Of a stretch of DNA of 57,461 bases, positions 26,401 through 34,532 are shown one piece after another (within the stretch, counting starts at the first letter, position 1; every line of letters starts with the position of its first letter). The DNA is from a virus (Duplodnaviria; Caudoviricetes). The stretch spans positions 1-57,461 of the IMG/VR virus record IMGVR_UViG_3300012038_000017; one strand, written 5' to 3'. The position numbers and the translations under genes are program-made. Below the pieces are notes generated by a model. It had not been told where the DNA came from, searched no databases, and saw nothing but the letters and a program-made list of their open reading frames with translations.

Positions 26401-27308
26401 AACTTGCAATCCTCGCATTACTTTTACTTTTGGTTTCATCTGCAACTTCAGATGCTTGTAATCGTTGTCGTCGATTTGGTAGCTCTTGCATTTATTATAG
26501 AGCACCAGTTGTTCAGTATGTACCTGCTGCGCAAATTGCACAACCGAATATTTTAGTTGTGCAAAATTCTTATCCTGCACCAATAGCTGCTCAAGGAAAT
26601 ACAGTCTATTCTTATCAACAAGCATCGACTCAGTATTCGGTTTCACCTGCTGAGTTATTTCGCCAAGCTGCTGATTTCAGCCGTGCCAGTATCCAGAGTT
26701 CACAACTCGCAGTAAACGGTTATAATCAATTAGCCAGCACGCAGCTTCAATTACAATCTCATTTGAACGAACCTCTTATCAGAAGCGCTGCAGCAATTCA
26801 GCTCTTAGAAGCTGCTGGATTATCCCAATCTGCTCCTGCGCAGCGATCTTCTATTTCATTACGTATTTATCAAGAGAGTAATGGAAATTGGAGAGTCGAT
26901 CAACAACAGCAATCTTCTGATCCGAATTCTCCAATTCAAGCTGACGGTAAATCTCAACAATCTTCATCACCAATTCAAGCACCTTATTTCCAAAAAGGTC
27001 AACAGACACAACTTCAATCAAATAGTGTAATCTCATCACGCTGTCTGAAATGTCATAGTTCAACCCTCACTGAACCAAAAGGTGAATTAGTTCTTGATCG
27101 TGCTATTTCACCTGAAATTTTCAGAGAAGCTATTATTAGAATCAAATCAAATGATCCGAAAGTTCGTATGCCTCCCGATGGGAGTCTTACTCCTGGCGAA
27201 GCAGGAGAAGTATTAAATGAACTTCTGGAACTTTCACAACCAGTAGCCGCCCAACTTCCAGAAAATGATGTTGTTCCACCTGCACCTCAAATTAACCCCA
27301 ACCAGTAA
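26397..27308 (+). CDS. exported protein with C-terminal planctomycete cytochrome c (PSCyt1-like) domain
   Basis: Signal peptide ending SDA; SRCLKCHS...KGELVLD...RI.S.DP.VRMPPDG.L (CxxCH plus distal Met). Confidence 0.82.
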   Translation: MKLAILALLLLLVSSATSDACNRCRRFGSSCIYYRAPVVQYVPAAQIAQPNILVVQNSYPAPIAAQGNTVYSYQQASTQYSVSPAELFRQAADFSRASIQSSQLAVNGYNQLASTQLQLQSHLNEPLIRSAAAIQLLEAAGLSQSAPAQRSSISLRIYQESNGNWRVDQQQQSSDPNSPIQADGKSQQSSSPIQAPYFQKGQQTQLQSNSVISSRCLKCHSSTLTEPKGELVLDRAISPEIFREAIIRIKSNDPKVRMPPDGSLTPGEAGEVLNELLELSQPVAAQLPENDVVPPAPQINPNQ

Positions 27309-27324
27309 TAAGGAGTTTCTCATT

Positions 27325-27633
27325 ATGAAGAAGTTCTTCATTCTCGCTGTTACTTTGCTTGCGTCATTCGTAATTACGAATGATATTCAAGCATGGCCAC
27401 GTCCACCACGTTTTGGTGGATTTTCACGTTCTGTCAATGTTCGGCGTGAAGTTGTTGTTCAACGCTCACGAAGTTTCGACGATTTCAGTTTCCGCTCACG
27501 TCCACAAATTCTTGTTATTCCGCAAAGTCATTGCTTCGGTAATAGCTTTGGTGGATTCGGTGGATTTGGTGGTGGCTTTCAACAGTCGTTCAGTAGTCAA
27601 TCGTTTTCCTCGCAATCGTTCTTTGGAAACTAA
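27325..27633 (+). CDS. secreted low-complexity F/G/S/Q/R-rich protein
   Basis: AAGGAG RBS; signal peptide ending IQA; FGGFGGFGGG and SQSF repeats. Confidence 0.75.
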   Translation: MKKFFILAVTLLASFVITNDIQAWPRPPRFGGFSRSVNVRREVVVQRSRSFDDFSFRSRPQILVIPQSHCFGNSFGGFGGFGGGFQQSFSSQSFSSQSFFGN

Positions 27634-27657
27634 TTCTTTACTCGGAGGTCTGCACAA

Positions 27658-27906
27658 ATGTTGAAGATCCCTTTATTTCTAATGTTTGTTATCTTCTTTC
27701 TTGCCGCTGCTGACGCAGCTACAAATGTTATTTGCAGGAATGGAAGGTGACAACCAGTATATTCCCAACCTACAGTTAGTAGGTCTTGTTCTGGATCATT
27801 ACACAAACCTTTAACCGCCGCAGAAAAGTATGCAGCGGCTAAAGAATACCGAAAGCAAGCGTATTATGCAAAGCATCCAAATATTAAGGAGAAGTCAAAG
27901 AAATAA
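27658..27906 (+). CDS. 82-aa secreted protein with in-frame TGA at codon 31 (recoded or pseudogene)
   Basis: GGAGG RBS; signal peptide; CRNGR-TGA then 51 more open codons to TAA and a terminator. Confidence 0.55.
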
Positions 27907-27934
27907 TGTCCATTAAATTGGACTTATCAACGCG

Positions 27935-27976
27935 CCACTTCGCATTCCCGCAAGAATGCGAAGTGGACGTTTTCTT
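27935..27976 (+). terminator. intrinsic terminator
   Basis: 13-bp stem CCACTTCGCATTC/GAATGCGAAGTGG then ACGTTTTCTT. Confidence 0.7.
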
Positions 27977-28018
27977 GTCAATTTTTGCGGAAATTAACAA
28001 GGAAACGAGGTTGATTTT

Positions 28019-28477
28019 ATGGCTCGCTTAACGGTAGAACAGAGATTTTGGAAAAAAGTTGGACCAGTAACAAATACAGGCTGCATGGAGTGGCTTGCTT
28101 ACCGTAATGATGATGGTTATGGTATATTTTCCCTTGAACGCGGATTAAATATAAAGGCACATCGTTATGCCTATTGGCTTAAACACGGTGATTTTGATGA
28201 GAATTTATTAGTTTGTCATACTTGTGATAATACACTTTGTGTAAATGTTGCGCATCTTTTCTTAGGCAGTAGAAAAGACAATACTGGTGACATGCTTAGG
28301 AAAGGACGTTCTGTGTCATCTTTGACAGTGGAACAAGTAATCGAGATTCGTCGTAGGTATTGGGAAGAAAGTGAATTACTTCGTGTACTTGCTGAGGAAT
28401 TCAGTGTTGGAATAAGTGGTATCTACTCAATAGTGTGTAATCGAACTTGGAAACATTTACTTTCAAATCAAAAGTAA
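28019..28477 (+). CDS. HNH homing endonuclease
   Basis: RFWKKV..CMEW..GYG..AHRYAY..VCHTCDN..CVN..HL; C-terminal HTH. Confidence 0.9.
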   Translation: MARLTVEQRFWKKVGPVTNTGCMEWLAYRNDDGYGIFSLERGLNIKAHRYAYWLKHGDFDENLLVCHTCDNTLCVNVAHLFLGSRKDNTGDMLRKGRSVSSLTVEQVIEIRRRYWEESELLRVLAEEFSVGISGIYSIVCNRTWKHLLSNQK

Positions 28478-28526
28478 TTGTTAGTTGATTTTGCATCACC
28501 CTTTCTTGAAAATAAGGAGAAAAGAA

Positions 28527-28784
28527 TTGACCGAAACCCAAAAAGAAACCAAGCATGAACACGCAGCAACAAAACCAACGCAATACGATCAACCCGGCGC
28601 GAGTTCCTACGTTGGAGTTCCAACATCACAAATCACGGAAGAAAATCCTTACGGTAATTTGCCAAATGATCCGGCAGGATTCAAAAGAATAGTTACGAAA
28701 GGGCCGGACGAATTCGCAAAGGAAGATCGAGAACGGGAAGAAAAGCAAGCTGCTGAGAAGGAAAAAGAAGCAAAGAAGAAATAA
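28527..28784 (+). CDS. small charged hypothetical protein
   Basis: AAGGAG RBS before TTG 28527. Confidence 0.6.
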   Translation: MTETQKETKHEHAATKPTQYDQPGASSYVGVPTSQITEENPYGNLPNDPAGFKRIVTKGPDEFAKEDREREEKQAAEKEKEAKKK

Positions 28785-28787
28785 CGA

Positions 28788-28910
28788 TCTTTGCACAACT
28801 CGGTAATGATAGCCAATTATATCATTACCGAGAAACAATAGGGTTCTTTGTGCAGACCCCGCCTGTCGTACTTGTACCCGCGAGGAAGCAAGTGCGGCAG
28901 GTTATTTTTC
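28788..28910 (+). ncRNA. candidate 3'UTR-derived sRNA ending in a terminator
   Basis: 13-bp hairpin 28799-28832; segment TTTGTGCAGACCCC 28847-28860; terminator stem 28862-28901 (G-U pairs on + strand) followed by TTATTTTT. Confidence 0.55.
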
Positions 28911-28949
28911 TCAAGTGTTTCTCGAAAACTTTTGAGAAAGGTAATTACA

Positions 28950-29165
28950 ATGTTCAGTCTACTTGCCCAAGCAGCATTCGGTGGTTATTCTTTAATCCAG
29001 CTTGCGATCTTTATCATCGTAGTAGCTGGAGTTGTAGCTATCGTAGTAGTGATTTTGAAGCAACTTGGTGTAACAATTCCACCTTGGCTAATTGCAATTT
29101 TGTGGATAGTGTTAGCCGTGATCGTCGGAATTTTTGCAATTAAAGTAATTGCATCAATGCTATAG
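28950..29165 (+). CDS. 71-aa two-TM membrane protein, holin-like
   Basis: Two hydrophobic helices separated by KQLGVTIPP; GAAAGG RBS. Confidence 0.55.
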   Translation: MFSLLAQAAFGGYSLIQLAIFIIVVAGVVAIVVVILKQLGVTIPPWLIAILWIVLAVIVGIFAIKVIASML

Positions 29166-29176
29166 GATAAGCAGTA

Positions 29177-31942
29177 ATGGAATTCCCAGCATTTGCATAC
29201 GGTGGTGAAGTATTTCTTGGTCCTGCTACAGCAGGATCAGCAAATCAAGTATTGCGCCGTGGTGCAAATCCATCTGAAACATTATGGGGTGATGCTCCAG
29301 TAACATTGCCTGGTGGATTAGATGGTCAACTTCAATATAATGGTGGTAGTGGTCAATTTAATGGTGTAAGCGGTAGTTATGTTTATGGTGTTACAGGAAA
29401 TAATGTAGGATTAGAAGGAGAACTTACCGCTAGAAATATAGTATTAAATCCACCTAATACTATTGGAATTAAGTTAAACCTCGCCGCCGGTCAAACTGCT
29501 AATGCAATTGAAGTCAATAGTAGCGGTGGAAGTGGTGGTGATCGTTTTAAGGTTGCCGCAAATGGTGATATTACTGTTACAAGTAGTAATTGGCCTACCA
29601 TTACACTTTTATCTACTTCTGGTAATGGTGGCACTCTCGACCTTCGTTCTGGATCAAATTCTTGGCAAATATATAATCATTCAGGAGTATTGAAGATTAA
29701 TAACGGTGGTTTAGATCATGTTCATATAGAAAGTGTTGGGGGAAATATTGGGAATGTTGCTCTTGGAAGGGATTTAGTAACTGCTATTGCTCAATTACAT
29801 CAAAAGGTTCCCGCTCTCGACGTTACTGGTCATCGAATTGATTTAGCAGTTTCGCAAACTGCACCAGCGATTGAAGTGCGGAATTCTGCGAATGCTACTG
29901 TTTTTCGAGTTGCTGCAACTGGTGCTCTTTCAGTTACTGGCGGCATTGGCACTGATGGCCCTATTACTACCAGTAATACTATTACTGCCGGGAGTCATAT
30001 TCAAACTGGTGCTGTATCCGCTTTTTATTGGACAGGTTTATCAATAATTAAATCACCAGCAGATGGAGTTATTCGACTAACTAATAACGCAGAAGCGGAT
30101 TTCAACCGCTTGCAATTCGGTGGTACCACAAATGCTTTTCCCGCCCTCAAACGTAATCTCACCGCTTTAGAATGCAAGTTGGCAGATGATTCAGCTTTTG
30201 CACCGTTCAAATGTGGCACTTTCGATAGTCGCGCATCAGGTTATCCAAATAGTTCAATTCAATTCACAGATGGTTATGGTGGAATAACTAGCGGTCCTGT
30301 AATTCAAATAACAAGCTATGCTGGATCGCATACAGGTAAGATTTATACAAGTAATGCTGGTTATCTAACACTACAAAGTGCAAATGATTCTGGAATGATC
30401 TTTTTTGGATCAGGTGACGCTTCTATAAACATAAATGGATTTGTTTATCAAGCAGTATCTACTAATAAAGTTGGTCACCGATTAGATTTCGCAGTTGGCC
30501 AATTAGTAGATATGGCTCAATGGAATCCAGCTGCATCACTTCCCGGCGAGCGAGCGAGAATAACAAAGAATGGTGAGTTCTCGCATAAAGGTTTAACTGG
30601 TGCTAATTCTGAACAATTTGGTGAAGGTGCCGTTGCAAGAGGTCAAGACTCTCTTGCCGTTGGTAATAATGCTACTACTGGTGCTGGAAATAGTTTTAGT
30701 GTTGCGTTAGGACGAAATTCATCTGCTGTTGGTTATGGTTCTACATGCGTTGGTTATAGCGCTAATTCTGCCGGTGTGTCCGCCTATTCTGTAGCGATAG
30801 GGCATAGTGCTGGGGTTATTACGAATCAATATGCTATTGCAATAGGCACTCTTGCTGTTTGTGGGGGTATTGGAATAGGAGGTAGAGCTAATGTAACTGT
30901 TGATAGTGGTATTGGAATGGGTTATAATGTATATAATGCTTCAGCAAATCATTTTGTTGCAGGTAGTGATTCATCACCAATTAATGATATTTATTTTGGT
31001 CAAGGTATTTTGCGAGCAACTCCAACCTCTTACACAATTCATGGGACTAATTCTACAGGAGCCGCCGCAGGTGGCGACGTTCGCATTGTCGGCGGAAGTT
31101 CTGCTAGTGGTACTGCTGGGAATGTAATTCTTTGTCATGATGGTACTGCTGCGAGAGGTAATGTTCTTATTGGTACTCTTACAGGTACAGGCTCTAAACT
31201 ATTTGTAGTCGGTACAAGTTCACCTTTTGAAGGTGATCGCGTTGCATCATTCTTTGATAATAATTTACAAGTTGGTGTTAATGTAACTATTGGTTGGACA
31301 GGTGGTGGCGTAAATGGTAAATATAAATCATTTGTAGTTGATTCTGCTGGTTTTGGTATTGGCAGGATGACGGATACTCTTGTATCCGCACCAACAGTAG
31401 ATTTTCGTATTGATAATACCGGCAATGTTGCAATTGGGAGTTTGACTGCTTCTGCCAAGTTGCAAGTGATTCATACACTTACTCAATTACGAATTGGGTA
31501 TAATGCTGCTAACTACTTTAATGTGACTGTTGACAGCGCTGGAGCTACTGCTTTTGAGACAGCATCTGGACAAAGTTTTACTTTCCAAGGTGCTAGAAGT
31601 GGTGCCACATTTCATACCTATATAAGTAATACATCCAATTCAACAGTGAATAATGGTACTGCGTTAAACATCAGTGTTGCGGATTTGAATTCAGGTGATC
31701 CGTATATTTCTTTTGGCGTTACTGGTGCTTCTGTTTGGTATATGGGCGTAGATAATAGTGATGGTGATAAATTCAAGATTGCGTATGGAAGTCAATTAGG
31801 TACTGGTGACACATTTATGATTGATGGTGCAGGTGTAGTCCAATTCGGTACATTTGCTGCTCTTGCTGGTGAAACATTGAACGGTTATATCACAATTCGA
31901 GATAAAGCAGGAACAACACGTAAACTCGCAGTAATCGCATAA
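29177..31942 (+). CDS. virion fibre/adhesin with YadA-head-like repeats
   Basis: Gly/Asn/Thr-rich; PGGLDGQLQYN; xxAxGxxA repeats; GNVxIG repeats. Confidence 0.75.
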   Translation: MEFPAFAYGGEVFLGPATAGSANQVLRRGANPSETLWGDAPVTLPGGLDGQLQYNGGSGQFNGVSGSYVYGVTGNNVGLEGELTARNIVLNPPNTIGIKLNLAAGQTANAIEVNSSGGSGGDRFKVAANGDITVTSSNWPTITLLSTSGNGGTLDLRSGSNSWQIYNHSGVLKINNGGLDHVHIESVGGNIGNVALGRDLVTAIAQLHQKVPALDVTGHRIDLAVSQTAPAIEVRNSANATVFRVAATGALSVTGGIGTDGPITTSNTITAGSHIQTGAVSAFYWTGLSIIKSPADGVIRLTNNAEADFNRLQFGGTTNAFPALKRNLTALECKLADDSAFAPFKCGTFDSRASGYPNSSIQFTDGYGGITSGPVIQITSYAGSHTGKIYTSNAGYLTLQSANDSGMIFFGSGDASININGFVYQAVSTNKVGHRLDFAVGQLVDMAQWNPAASLPGERARITKNGEFSHKGLTGANSEQFGEGAVARGQDSLAVGNNATTGAGNSFSVALGRNSSAVGYGSTCVGYSANSAGVSAYSVAIGHSAGVITNQYAIAIGTLAVCGGIGIGGRANVTVDSGIGMGYNVYNASANHFVAGSDSSPINDIYFGQGILRATPTSYTIHGTNSTGAAAGGDVRIVGGSSASGTAGNVILCHDGTAARGNVLIGTLTGTGSKLFVVGTSSPFEGDRVASFFDNNLQVGVNVTIGWTGGGVNGKYKSFVVDSAGFGIGRMTDTLVSAPTVDFRIDNTGNVAIGSLTASAKLQVIHTLTQLRIGYNAANYFNVTVDSAGATAFETASGQSFTFQGARSGATFHTYISNTSNSTVNNGTALNISVADLNSGDPYISFGVTGASVWYMGVDNSDGDKFKIAYGSQLGTGDTFMIDGAGVVQFGTFAALAGETLNGYITIRDKAGTTRKLAVIA

Positions 31943-31955
31943 AGGAAGTCTGCAC

Positions 31956-32300
31956 ATGACTGGAACCGTAAAAGCTGGTATAGATTTCAACACACCGCTC
32001 AAAAATCTTCGTGGCGAGGAATTGAAGGATATTACTGATGGAAAAGAGCAACCTATTACCTTAAAAACGGTATGTGTTGAAGCTCTTTTGACCGCTTATC
32101 CAAAAGAAGAAATAAGCGGTACTGAGAAGATGAAGCGATACCGAATTGCCAAGAAGGTTGATGATGCGAATGGTGAGGTTCTTCAACTTTCAGTTGAAGA
32201 ATTGAAATCATTGAAAGAACTAGTTGGTATTCGATTTAGCCCCCTCATCGTGGGCGCTGCGTATGCTATTTTGGACCCGACTGAATTAACCGAGAAGTAA
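31956..32300 (+). CDS. probable fibre-associated chaperone
   Basis: Directly follows the fibre; EKMKRYRIA..LSVEEL..LKE pattern common after phage fibre genes. Confidence 0.5.
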   Translation: MTGTVKAGIDFNTPLKNLRGEELKDITDGKEQPITLKTVCVEALLTAYPKEEISGTEKMKRYRIAKKVDDANGEVLQLSVEELKSLKELVGIRFSPLIVGAAYAILDPTELTEK

Positions 32301-32304
32301 TACG

Positions 32305-33174
32305 ATGCGTACATTAGAAGCCACAGCGCCAGAAACGCTTACTTCTTTTACCGTTGAGGTAATAGCTGGTGGCGTTGTCGTTGAAACTATTGTAATGTCG
32401 CAAATTGCAGCAGAAGGACCAACTTGGCAAGGAGAAATAACTGATCCTCTCAGTACAGGTTTTTGCAAAATCAACTTCTTTTACAACGGTAGTGCAGTTG
32501 CAAATGCCAGATATCATGCCAATATTTCATCTGTTGACGGGTCGATCTCATATTGTTATGATATGGTTTACAGTGACGTGGTGGTTGATAGTTCTGGTGG
32601 CTCTGGCACCGGAGCAAGAACAGTAGTTATTACTGTGATTGATGGTGTTACACTTCTTCCAGTTGAAAATGCTAATGTTCGTTTAACTTCTGGTTTGAAT
32701 ACTAGAGTTCAACCAACTGATGCTGTTGGCGAAGTTACTTTTAATGTTGATGATGCAACTTGGATTGTTGCTATTACTTCTTTTGGTTATTCTTTTCCAG
32801 GTGCTTCACTTATTGTCAATGCTGACGCTGCAATTACTTATGAGCTAACTCCATTAGGTAGTACAATTCCGCCAGTTCCACCTGGTTTTTGTATTCTTCG
32901 TATTAGAGTTTGGACAGTAAGTGGAAATCCAGCAGAAGGTGTAACTGTTAAAGTACAAGTTGAAGAAGTTCCACCTGGAGTTGGTGAAATATTTGATAGA
33001 TCGGTTCAAGTTAAAGAAACTGCTGCTGACGGTTATGCGAATTTTGAGGTACCCCGTGGTTCAGAAGTAAAGTATTGGGTTGGTCCAGTTGAAGAAAGTG
33101 TTGATGAAATTCCTTCGGATGAGGATATTGTTTACGTGGAAAACCAGTTGGGATTACCAACGGTTTCGGTGTAG
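32305..33174 (+). CDS. virion protein with carboxypeptidase-regulatory-like beta-sandwich domains
   Basis: Two PvEnA.V...TdA.G...F repeats. Confidence 0.55.
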   Translation: MRTLEATAPETLTSFTVEVIAGGVVVETIVMSQIAAEGPTWQGEITDPLSTGFCKINFFYNGSAVANARYHANISSVDGSISYCYDMVYSDVVVDSSGGSGTGARTVVITVIDGVTLLPVENANVRLTSGLNTRVQPTDAVGEVTFNVDDATWIVAITSFGYSFPGASLIVNADAAITYELTPLGSTIPPVPPGFCILRIRVWTVSGNPAEGVTVKVQVEEVPPGVGEIFDRSVQVKETAADGYANFEVPRGSEVKYWVGPVEESVDEIPSDEDIVYVENQLGLPTVSV

Positions 33175-33183
33175 AAATGAACG

Positions 33184-34515
33184 ATGATACTCCAGACACA
33201 GCCAATTACAGAGGCACCGAAGTGCCATTGGGAGAAATTCAGGTATCATCCTGTTCAATCTGCACTTTGGGTTAATCGAAGTCAGCACGAAGAAGTTGTT
33301 GCTGGTCGTGGTAGCGGTAAAACAGTATTATGTCGGAGAAAGATGATTCTTGACATGGCTTTATCAAAGCCGTGGAATGATCCTTTATATTATTATGTAT
33401 TACCTACTTTCCAGCAAGCAAAACGAGTTGCATGGTATCCTTTTTTGCGAGATATACCTAAGAATTGGTATAATCCCCGTACAGGAGTCAACAGAACTGA
33501 CCTCTCGATTGAATTGTATAATGGATCAAAACTTTACATCATTGGAGCAGATAAACCAGCACGTCTTGAAGGAAATCAGGCCGATTGGGTTATGGTTGAT
33601 GAAGGTTCTGACCAAAAACCAGGATTGGTTGAGAATACAATTTTCCCTATGCTCACAAGGAAAAACGGTAAGTTTACAAGATTGGGTATTCCGAAAAGAA
33701 CAGGCATTGGGAGAGTTGAGTTTAGGGAGTATTATGAACGTGGAATGCGTGGTGAGGGAGGAGTTAAATCCTTTTTTTGGAAAACGATTGAAACGTGTAC
33801 CCCAAAAGAATTAGAATTGATTGAAGCACGTCGGGCCAATATGGACCCGAAGAATTATGAAGAACAATATGAAGCGAAATGGTTGGATATTGGTGGAAGT
33901 GTTTACTATGGTTTTACCGAAGCAAACCTTTCGCACGAAGCAAAATACGATCCGAAACTTGAAATAATGGTTGGTTGTGACTTTAATGTTACTCCGATGA
34001 GTTGGACATTAGGGCACTTTACAGACGGTAAACTTTACATCTTCGATGAAATTCATTTAGAAGAAACGCATACGCAAGCGACGATGGATTATCTTCATGG
34101 TAAGTATTACACTCACATGGCCGGATGGCGTTTCTTTGGAGATGCAAGCGGACGAGCAAGAAAAACCTCAGCTACTCGATCAGATTATGCAATTATTAAA
34201 AACGATGCTAGATTCGGACAAAAGAAAGTACATTTCCCTCCACGTAATCCTCACGTGCGGGATAGAATCGCCTCAGTCAATAGAGCATTTCAAAATGCAG
34301 CCGGTGAGATTAGCTGTTACATCAATCCGAAGTGCCAAAAACTAATTCGCGATTTGAATTCGATGAGCTACATTGAAAACACGATGGAATTAGAAGATTA
34401 TAGCGGAACGCAAATTGGGCATATGTCAGATGCTTTTGGATATAAGGTTCATTGGCTAATGCCAATTCGTGTTGAGTATACTTCGATTCCGGCAGTATGG
34501 AGTACGGCGAGTTAA
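33184..34515 (+). CDS. terL: terminase large subunit
   Basis: VAGRGSGKT, VMVDEG, C-terminal nuclease GCDFN, DASG, HMSDA. Confidence 0.95.
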   Translation: MILQTQPITEAPKCHWEKFRYHPVQSALWVNRSQHEEVVAGRGSGKTVLCRRKMILDMALSKPWNDPLYYYVLPTFQQAKRVAWYPFLRDIPKNWYNPRTGVNRTDLSIELYNGSKLYIIGADKPARLEGNQADWVMVDEGSDQKPGLVENTIFPMLTRKNGKFTRLGIPKRTGIGRVEFREYYERGMRGEGGVKSFFWKTIETCTPKELELIEARRANMDPKNYEEQYEAKWLDIGGSVYYGFTEANLSHEAKYDPKLEIMVGCDFNVTPMSWTLGHFTDGKLYIFDEIHLEETHTQATMDYLHGKYYTHMAGWRFFGDASGRARKTSATRSDYAIIKNDARFGQKKVHFPPRNPHVRDRIASVNRAFQNAAGEISCYINPKCQKLIRDLNSMSYIENTMELEDYSGTQIGHMSDAFGYKVHWLMPIRVEYTSIPAVWSTAS

Positions 34516-34532
34516 AGCTGTAATTTTGGAAG

